NCBI GenBank assembly: GCA_040387875.1
Contig: JAZKCX010000039.1
Location: 2,127-66,126, forward strand
From: Pseudomonadota bacterium
GTDB lineage: Bacteria; Pseudomonadota; Gammaproteobacteria; Burkholderiales; Burkholderiaceae_C
Length of the DNA stretch: 64,000 bases
Direction of reading: 5' to 3'
The notes under the pieces are model-generated. The model was not told the DNA's origin. It saw only the letters and a list, made by a program, of their open reading frames with translations, and searched no databases. Position 1 is the first letter of the stretch, and each line of letters begins with the position of its first letter. Below are positions 57,755-64,000 of the stretch, piece after piece. A program made the position numbers and the translations under genes.

Positions 57755-57796
57755 AAAAAAGCCGCCGTACTGCCCTGAGGCAGCCGTGCGGCTTTT
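57755..57796 (-). terminator. rho-independent (bidirectional-looking) terminator between cargo gene P2 and the ABC gene
   Basis: The sequence AAAAAA-GCCGCCGTACTGCC-CTGA-GGCAGCCGTGCGGC-TTTT lies 85 nt downstream of the P2 stop. Confidence 0.6.
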
Positions 57797-57880
57797 AGAA
57801 CTGTGCAGCAATGGGCTGCTGCGAATTCTTGAGGGCAGGGAGTTGCAACCCCCTTAACGCCCCGTAACTAGCAAATCAAA

Positions 57881-59755
57881 TCAGCGGTCCAGCAAACCAC
57901 CCAGTGCACCAGTGACAGGGTTGGCTTCTGCGCCGCCCAGGCTGGTCACGGGGATAGGCAGGCCACCGCCCAAACCACCACCCAGCGACCCAAGCAGATC
58001 GCCCGGGATCAGGTCCGTTGGTACCGGCAGGCCACCGCCAGCTCCGCCCAGAGAACCGACCAGCTCAAGAACGGGTTCGAGCAAGCCGCCCGCGCCGCCT
58101 GTGAGCAGATCGGTAGGTACAGGCAGGCCACCAGCGCCGGCGCCCAGCAAGTCGGTAGGAACCGGCAAGCCCCCACCGCCCAGCGAGCCGAGCAGGGAAG
58201 TCAGCGGGCCGAGAGCGCCGCCGGCATCACCACCCAGCAAGCCGCCGAGACCACCCAAACCACCCGCGTCAAGCGCGCTTGCGCCCGTGGTTGCGCCGCC
58301 GCCGATGACGCCGCCACCCAGCAGTGCAAGAACCGGCGCAAGGAGGCCGCCACCGTCAAGCGAACCGGTACCGCCGAGCAGACCGCCAAGCAGGTTGCCG
58401 CCCACCTGTGCGCCGCCTTCGCCACCACCTGCGCCAACGCCGCCGGAGACAGAGCCCAGACCGCCATTGAGGAAGTTGCTCAAACCGTTTGTCAGCTGAT
58501 CAACCTGCAGATTCGCGGGTCCGATCAGCGATTCCGTAGCGCCTTCGCCCAGGATTCCGTCGACGATGGGTTGCAGAACATCGTTGCCTACGGAGGTGAC
58601 GCTGAAGCCCAAGTTGTCCACCGGGTCGAGCTGATTGGGGGCGTCGAATCCAGGGTCAATACCGAGGGACTCGGTGATGTCGTTACCAGTGTCCGTAACG
58701 GTTTTGACCAGATCGTCCAGAGGTTGCAGCGAACCACCGATGCCAGCGCCTGCAGCGCCCAGTGCACTGCCGTCCAATGCATCGGTCAAGTTGTCGACCA
58801 ACTGCGCCGTAGGATCCAGGAGACCAGGCTTTTGCGCACCTGGACCGGTACCCGTACCGGTGCCGGAGCCAGTGTCCGTACCGGTATTGGTACCCGTATC
58901 GGTTCCCGTGTCTGTACCGGTGTTGGTTCCAGTATTGGTGCTGGTGTTAGTGCCCGTATCGGTACTGGTATTGGTTCCGGTATTGGTGCTCGTGCTCGTG
59001 CCAGTACTGGTACTCGTGCTCGTATTCGTACCAGTGTTGGTGCCCGTGGTAGTACCGGTGCTGGTGCCGGTATCCGTACCCGTGTTCGTGCCCGTGTTGG
59101 TATTGGTGCTTGTGCCCGTGCCTGTACCGGTCGCTGTTGCGGTGCTGGTATCTGTGCCGGTTCCAGTGCTGGTGCCCGATCCCGTACCGGTTCCGGTGTT
59201 GGTGCCGCCCGAGCCGCCGTCGTCGTCATCGTTCAGCGCAGCGGCCAAACCGGCCAGACCCAGAAGTGCCAGAGGCAACCATCCCAGACCTTCGGTACCT
59301 GCAGCGCCCTTTTTCTTCACAGCAACCGATGCGGCATCGGTGGCGTCGGGTGCGGCCACGAACAGGTCGCCCGTGGCCATATCGACCGTCACTTGCTCAA
59401 CACCGGGGGACAGCGTCTTGACACCAATAACCGCATCCGATCCACCGGAGAAAACGCCGTTCAACGGGGTTTTGCTGCCGCCAGGGCCGGGGAAAGTTAC
59501 GTTGGCCGAGCCGCCTTGCGGAACAATAACGCGGTCACCAGCCAACAGCGAAGTATTTCCTTCGGCCGCAAACCTTGCGCTTCCGCGCACAACTTCCACG
59601 CCGGGAGTAGCACCAGACAGAACGCCTAAGCCTCCCGCCTGAGAAGCTGCTACGGGAGCGGCAGACGCGGCAGCAGGGCTTGCCTGGGCGAGGGTCGTGA
59701 TGTCTTCACCAGCGGTCAACGGGCCTTTCAGGCTCGTTTCTTGAGTTGCGATCAT
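57881..59755 (-). CDS. T1SS-linked repetitive Cys-free acidic protein, paralog P2
   Basis: The ATG at 59755 is preceded by AAGGA. There is no signal peptide. The layout is: conserved N-terminal domain, KKK-hydrophobic-DDDD segment, a 119-aa X-Thr array, an acidic D/L-rich domain shared with P3, then a Gly-rich C-terminus with [10 protein letters not shown] repeats. Confidence 0.8.
   Translation of the reverse strand: MIATQETSLKGPLTAGEDITTLAQASPAAASAAPVAASQAGGLGVLSGATPGVEVVRGSARFAAEGNTSLLAGDRVIVPQGGSANVTFPGPGGSKTPLNGVFSGGSDAVIGVKTLSPGVEQVTVDMATGDLFVAAPDATDAASVAVKKKGAAGTEGLGWLPLALLGLAGLAAALNDDDDGGSGGTNTGTGTGSGTSTGTGTDTSTATATGTGTGTSTNTNTGTNTGTDTGTSTGTTTGTNTGTNTSTSTSTGTSTSTNTGTNTSTDTGTNTSTNTGTNTGTDTGTDTGTNTGTDTGSGTGTGTGPGAQKPGLLDPTAQLVDNLTDALDGSALGAAGAGIGGSLQPLDDLVKTVTDTGNDITESLGIDPGFDAPNQLDPVDNLGFSVTSVGNDVLQPIVDGILGEGATESLIGPANLQVDQLTNGLSNFLNGGLGSVSGGVGAGGGEGGAQVGGNLLGGLLGGTGSLDGGGLLAPVLALLGGGVIGGGATTGASALDAGGLGGLGGLLGGDAGGALGPLTSLLGSLGGGGLPVPTDLLGAGAGGLPVPTDLLTGGAGGLLEPVLELVGSLGGAGGGLPVPTDLIPGDLLGSLGGGLGGGLPIPVTSLGGAEANPVTGALGGLLDR
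58847..59203 (-). repeat. X-Thr dipeptide array in P2 (60 consecutive units, 6-nt period)
   Basis: Hand check of aa 196-314 of the 635-aa ORF. Every even position is Thr, twice Ser, with no register shift. The odd positions are only G, N, S, D, A or T. Confidence 0.9.
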
Positions 59756-60137
59756 AAAAAATCCTTTGGAAAGCAGGATATGGGGCACTAAAACAATGCC
59801 TTGATTATAGTTATCGGGCAGGGAGTGGAGAAACTTTAATGCTTTTGTTTATGGCAATTCTCATCAAATTGTGTGACTTAATTCATGAAATCGATTGCAA
59901 AGTATCTACCCGCTTGTCCCAGAGAGGGATTTAGTCACCGATTAGGGTAAAGTTTAAGTGGGGCAGATGGTTGGAGTAATACTAATGTTTGGAGAGCCAA
60001 AACCGGCACCCCAAAAGCCCGCCATGGCAGTGTTTCTAAAGGGTGAAACTCGATGCTGCAACAGGCTTGGATGGCCAAAGCAGGAGTTCAGCGTCGACCT
60101 ATTAAAAGCATTACTTCAAAAGCACAAAACAAAATGC

Positions 60138-60166
60138 AAAATGGCTGCCTACGAGGCAGCCATTTT
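60138..60166 (-). terminator. rho-independent terminator after cargo gene P3
   Basis: The sequence AAAATGGCTGCCT-ACG-AGGCAGCCATTTT lies 58 nt downstream of the P3 stop. Confidence 0.6.
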
Positions 60167-60223
60167 GGCGAGAAGACAAAGCGCACCAAACCTATGTGAA
60201 ATTTGCGTGCGCCAAGCCTCGAT

Positions 60224-61642
60224 TTACAACATCGACAATATGGGCGCCAGCGGAGATGGGTTGCTGGCCGCATCGGTGGAGCTGGAGATTGGCGGTATGG
60301 CCCCTGGCGTGCTGCCGTTGCCGGACACGTTCTCCACAAACTCGGAGCCTGAACCCACAACCACGCCAGGTGTGTTTTCTCCGGTCGCGGTATTTCCAAG
60401 GGCACCCACCGGCGCCAAAACGCTACCAGCACCGCCCAAACTACCGAACATGCCGGTCAGCGGCCCCAGCAAACCACCCACTCCTGCAGTCTCGCCCACA
60501 CCCAGCAGACCCGAAGAGCCCAGCGCGTTGGTCAGCCCATCCGTCACGAAATCGACCTGCAGGTCTGCGGGACTGATCAGGGTTGCCGTTACGCCATTGC
60601 CCAGGATGGAATCCACCAGCGGAGTGACCGGAACAGACACCACGCCGCCGGTGACATCCGCGGCAAGTGCATCCACTGAATCCAGAGAGTTGGGGTCATC
60701 GGCAAAAAACTCTTCGCCAACGACAGGCGCCAACAGGCCGTTGCCAGCATCGGTAACCGATGCAACCAAGTCATCTACCGGTTGCAAAGATGTACCCAAA
60801 CCACTTGCCAACCCGCCGAGCTCCGCTTTTGCGGCGCCGTCGGCCGGCGCTTCTGCAGCGCCGCTGGGCCCTTCAAGGGCATCGGTCAGATTGTCAACCA
60901 GCGTCGCGGTTGGATCGAGGAACCCCATGCCCTCTGCACCCGTCCCCGTATCGGTGCCAGTTCCGGTCCCGGTATCGGTGCCAGTCCCGGTGCCCGTGCC
61001 AGTGTCCGTACCAATTCCGGTTCCGGTATCCGTGCCAATACCTGTGCCCGTACCCGTATCGGTGCCAACACCGGTACCCGTGCCAGTGCCGGTGTCGGTA
61101 TTGTCCCCACCGCCTCCACCACTACCAGCGAGACCGGCCAGTCCAAGCAAGCCCAAAGGCAGCAGCCAACCCAGCCCGCCGTCGGCCACAGCAGCCTTTT
61201 TCCTGACCAGCAAGGACGACTCGATCTGGGTGAAATCCGGGGGAGCAACAATAAAGTCACCAGCAGCCAGGTCAACCACCACCTGGTCAACACCCGGGGC
61301 AATGGTCTTGACGCCGATCACCGCCTCAGAACCACCAGAAAAGACCCCCACCAAAGGATTGGGATTGCTGGCAGAAGCGGGAAAAGCCACATTGGCCGAC
61401 CCACCTTCGGGCACGATGACCCGGTCACCCAACTGCAGCGCAGCGGACCCTTCGGCAGGCAAGCGGGTTCCTCCGCGGACGATTTCCACGCCCTTAGAGG
61501 CATCGGACAGCACGCCCAGCATGGGCACCGCCTGGGGGGTTGCCGCAGCCGTAGCAGCAGGGGCAACCGCAGCCTGCGCCACCAAGGCATCCAGGCCTGG
61601 TGAGCTTAGAACTTCGGCACTCGTATTAGGGGTAGATTCCAT
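60224..61642 (-). CDS. T1SS-linked repetitive Cys-free acidic protein, paralog P3
   Basis: The ATG is preceded by an AAGAGG Shine-Dalgarno sequence. It has the same architecture as P2: N-terminal domain, RKK-hydrophobic-GGGGGD segment, a 54-aa X-Thr array, the shared [14 protein letters not shown] domain and a Gly-rich tail. Confidence 0.8.
   Translation of the reverse strand: MESTPNTSAEVLSSPGLDALVAQAAVAPAATAAATPQAVPMLGVLSDASKGVEIVRGGTRLPAEGSAALQLGDRVIVPEGGSANVAFPASASNPNPLVGVFSGGSEAVIGVKTIAPGVDQVVVDLAAGDFIVAPPDFTQIESSLLVRKKAAVADGGLGWLLPLGLLGLAGLAGSGGGGGDNTDTGTGTGTGVGTDTGTGTGIGTDTGTGIGTDTGTGTGTGTDTGTGTGTDTGTGAEGMGFLDPTATLVDNLTDALEGPSGAAEAPADGAAKAELGGLASGLGTSLQPVDDLVASVTDAGNGLLAPVVGEEFFADDPNSLDSVDALAADVTGGVVSVPVTPLVDSILGNGVTATLISPADLQVDFVTDGLTNALGSSGLLGVGETAGVGGLLGPLTGMFGSLGGAGSVLAPVGALGNTATGENTPGVVVGSGSEFVENVSGNGSTPGAIPPISSSTDAASNPSPLAPILSML
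60941..61102 (-). repeat. X-Thr dipeptide array in P3 (27 units)
   Basis: aa 181-234. The even positions are Thr, apart from V192, I202 and I210, which are also beta-branched. Confidence 0.85.
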
Positions 61643-61844
61643 GGGAAACCTCTTAATTGCTCAGAATAACGTCGTACAAGTATACGTAAGGCACGAATCA
61701 AGGCGTACCAGGTCGTACAACCGACTCGCAATTATGTGATTTATTTGCTGTTCCGGGAATTAATTGCCGGAGCGAAAAATAATACGCTCGCGAAATGTGC
61801 TTCAAATTCAATCAAAAACCTATACAAAACCCGCAATTGAAGCC

Positions 61845-62807
61845 CTAGCGTTGCCCGGTGAAACGCTCACGCAGCGCGGAAAGTTCGCCCACAACGCCCC
61901 GGCGGAATACCAGCACACACAACACAAAAATGGCACCCATGATGACAGTGACCCAAGAGCCCACCTTGTCTGCGAGCTGATTCTGCAACGCAACAATCAC
62001 CGTGGCGCCCACCGCAGGCCCGAGTACGGTACCCAGCCCACCGAGCAGCGTCATCAGCACCACCTCGCCCGAGGTATGCCAGTGCGCATCGGTTAAAGAA
62101 GCCAGCTGAAACACCAGCGCCTTGATAGAGCCCGCCATCCCGGCAAGCGCCGCCGAAATGACAAATGCCAGCAACTTGTAGCGATCTACGTCGTAACCCA
62201 GCGATATTGCGCGTGGCTCGTTTTCACGAATCGCCTTCAAAATCTGGCCGAAGGGCGAGTGGATAGTCCGGTAGATCAGCGCAAAACCCAACATAAACAG
62301 ACCAAATACAAAGAAATACATGCTGATGTTGTCGGAAAGGTCAATCAGTCCGAAAAGGCGGCCACGTGGCACCCCCTGCAGGCCATCCTCACCCCCAGTT
62401 TGCGGCAGCTGCAGCACCAAAAAGTAAACCAGCTGGGCCAGCGCCAGCGTGATCATGGCAAAGTAAATACCCGCCCTGCGGATAGCCAGCAGGCCAAAAA
62501 CCAAACCCAGAAAACCTGCTACCACCGTCCCCGCCAGCACACCCAACTCAGGCGTCCAGCCTTGTTCTTTGCAAAGCCAGGCACACACATAGGCCGCCCC
62601 GCCAAAAAAAGCGGCATGTCCAAAAGACAAAAGACCGGCAAAACCCAGCAGCAGATTGAATGCGCAGGCAAACAGCGCAAAACACAACACTTTCATGAGA
62701 AAGGTTGGGTAGAACAAAAAAGGCGCAATGCTGCCCAGCACCAGCATGCCAGCGAACATCCAAATAGCGCGGCGCGATGCAGCAGAAGTCGACAAGGGTT
62801 TCGTCAT
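61845..62807 (-). CDS. branched-chain amino acid type ABC transporter permease (LivM-like)
   Basis: A polytopic protein with the LLSFGHAAFFGGAAY motif. I chose the ATG at 62807. Confidence 0.85.
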   Translation of the reverse strand: MTKPLSTSAASRRAIWMFAGMLVLGSIAPFLFYPTFLMKVLCFALFACAFNLLLGFAGLLSFGHAAFFGGAAYVCAWLCKEQGWTPELGVLAGTVVAGFLGLVFGLLAIRRAGIYFAMITLALAQLVYFLVLQLPQTGGEDGLQGVPRGRLFGLIDLSDNISMYFFVFGLFMLGFALIYRTIHSPFGQILKAIRENEPRAISLGYDVDRYKLLAFVISAALAGMAGSIKALVFQLASLTDAHWHTSGEVVLMTLLGGLGTVLGPAVGATVIVALQNQLADKVGSWVTVIMGAIFVLCVLVFRRGVVGELSALRERFTGQR

Positions 62808-62817
62808 GAACTCTCTT

Positions 62818-63702
62818 TCAGGCCTGCTTGCCGAACAGGCCCGCCGGACGCAGCAACAACACGATGACCATGATGACAAAAATCACCACGGCCGAGGCTT
62901 CCGGGTAAACCACTTTGGTCAGCCCCTCCACCACCCCCAGCCCCAAGCCGGTAACGATGGAGCCGAGAATGGACCCCATGCCGCCAATCACCACCACCGC
63001 AAACACCACAATAATGAGGTTGGAACCCATCAGCGGGTTGACCTGCACGATGGGCGCTGCAAGTACGCCGGCAAAAGCGGCCAGCGCCACGCCCACACCA
63101 TAGGTTGCGGTTATCAGCAGCGGCACATTGATACCCAGCGCCTGCACCAACTGCGGCCGCTCGGTGGCGGCACGCAAGGTGGCTCCCAGCCGGGTTTTTT
63201 CGATCAGATACCAGGTTGTCAGGCAGACCGCGACCGACGCCACAACCACCCAGCCCCGGTAAATGGGCATGTACATGAAGCCCAGGTCCATGCCGCCCTG
63301 CAGGGCTTCCGGCACCTCGTAGGAATCCCCTGAAATGCCGTAAAAATTGCGAAACAGACCTTCTGCGATGAGCGCCAGACCAAAAGTCAGCAGCAAACCA
63401 TACAAATGGTCGAGCTGGTAAAGATGCCGCAGCAGCAGCCGCTCAATGGCCACGCCCAGCGCCCCCACAATTAACGGCGACAACACCAGCGCAAACCAGT
63501 AGTTGATGCCGAATTTGGTCAAACCGATCCACGCGACAAACGCGCCGATCATGTACAGCGCACCGTGCGAGAAATTGATGATGTTGAGCAAGCCAAAAAT
63601 AATGGCCAGCCCCAAACTCAGGGTCGCGTAGAACGACCCGTTGATCAGCCCCAGCAACAACTGTCCAAACAGTGCCTGGGACGATATACCGAAAATTTCC
63701 AT
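62818..63702 (-). CDS. branched-chain amino acid type ABC transporter permease (LivH-like)
   Basis: The ATG at 63702 has a GGAG Shine-Dalgarno sequence. N-terminal LLLGLINGSFYATLSLGLAIIFG and C-terminal GGMGSILGSIVTG blocks are present. Confidence 0.85.
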   Translation of the reverse strand: MEIFGISSQALFGQLLLGLINGSFYATLSLGLAIIFGLLNIINFSHGALYMIGAFVAWIGLTKFGINYWFALVLSPLIVGALGVAIERLLLRHLYQLDHLYGLLLTFGLALIAEGLFRNFYGISGDSYEVPEALQGGMDLGFMYMPIYRGWVVVASVAVCLTTWYLIEKTRLGATLRAATERPQLVQALGINVPLLITATYGVGVALAAFAGVLAAPIVQVNPLMGSNLIIVVFAVVVIGGMGSILGSIVTGLGLGVVEGLTKVVYPEASAVVIFVIMVIVLLLRPAGLFGKQA

Positions 63703-63781
63703 CACCACTCCTGAGCGCAAGGCGCCTCTGCGGTGATGCCGGCCACCCGGCCCGCACCACCTTCCCGCGAAACTACCGCGC

Positions 63782-64000
63782 TTACTTCTTTACCAAGGGG
63801 CAGCGCGAGGCCGACAGCGGCTGGAAGGCTTCTGCCGCAGGAATCGTCGCCCGTACGTGGTAGTAGTCCCATGGCGTTTTGGATTCGGCTGGCTTCTTGA
63901 CCTGCAGCAAATACATGTCGTGCACCATGCGACCGTCGTCACGGATCGAACCGTTCTTGGCAAAAAAATCATTGACGGGCGTTTTCTTCATCTGCGCCAT
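63782..64000 (-). CDS. ABC transporter substrate-binding protein (Liv-type), C-terminal fragment; the 5' part lies outside the window
   Basis: The frame is open to the window edge. The fragment lies upstream of the LivH/LivM-like genes on the same strand. Only 72 aa are visible, so the family call is contextual. Confidence 0.5.
   Translation of the reverse strand: MAQMKKTPVNDFFAKNGSIRDDGRMVHDMYLLQVKKPAESKTPWDYYHVRATIPAAEAFQPLSASRCPLVKK

Noticed and set aside
57556-57798. Small ORFs (80 aa on the plus strand, 61 aa on the minus strand) in the cargo/ABC intergenic region.
   Set aside because: They have no ribosome-binding sites, they span the predicted terminator hairpin, and their composition is arbitrary. 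The region is better explained as structured non-coding leader RNA.
58571-59642. Plus-strand ORFs of 335-352 aa (PVPV/VLVPV repeats and an Arg/Gly-rich frame) opposite P2. The 593-aa plus-strand ORF at 59958-61739 opposite P3 is the same kind of thing.
   Set aside because: They are antisense reading frames through the 6-nt periodic X-Thr array and the Gly-rich repeats. They have no ribosome-binding sites. The 593-aa ORF would run through the P3 terminator and the P3 promoter region. The conserved paralog architecture exists only on the minus strand.
57881-61642. Calling P2 and P3 RTX toxins or adhesins.
   Set aside because: I looked for the GGxGxDxUx nonapeptide and for Ig, cadherin or VCBS-type repeats in the translations and found none. 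The Gly-rich repeats have a different period and consensus.
1-64000. rRNA or tRNA genes, and recognisable riboswitch leaders.
   Set aside because: Reading both strands of the intergenic regions, I found no cloverleaf-like or rRNA-like segments and no leader that I could assign to a known riboswitch class. A covariance-model scan (tRNAscan-SE, Infernal/Rfam) would be needed to be certain.

Overview
This is a high-GC proteobacterial chromosome segment. The gene content looks like Burkholderiales/Comamonadaceae (Bug/TctC binding protein, NodIJ-like exporter, several Liv-type ABC sets), but the taxon is inference only. I support about 60 protein genes. I recognised no rRNA, tRNA, CRISPR array, transposase or integrase. 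Positions 1 to about 45,300 are mostly ordinary core and accessory metabolism. They hold a WS/DGAT acyltransferase, dbpA, a lipid kinase/phosphoesterase/PAP2 trio, amn and a PhnDE-like pair. They also hold purT, psd, a NodIJ-like exporter, hbd, ohrR-ohr, srkA, htpG, a 7-gene CoA-ligase/Liv-type ABC uptake cluster, and an RND efflux system split by an ECF sigma cassette. Positions 45,300 to about 61,850 form an accessory block of lower and patchy GC with three notable parts. (1) A GT-C-like membrane protein and a TPR/GT41 (SPINDLY-type) glycosyltransferase. (2) A bufferin-type RiPP locus: a Sec-signal DUF2282 Cys-rich precursor followed by a single ORF that fuses the DUF692 (MNIO, MbnB-like) and DUF2063 (MbnC-like) partners. 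(3) A type I secretion operon (ABC, HlyD-type MFP, TolC-type OMP with a Pro-rich tail) preceded by two tandem cargo genes. The cargo genes are Cys-free, non-RTX and highly repetitive. They share an N-terminal LapA-retention-module-like domain, a KK-hydrophobic-acidic segment, a strict X-Thr dipeptide array and Gly-rich PLxxLxGxLGG repeats. A third paralog lies 36 kb away at 20.5-22 kb. I consider the T1SS plus this cargo family the best candidate for an undescribed system. The fused bufferin maturase is second. All functional calls rest on motifs read from the translations. No database search was run.
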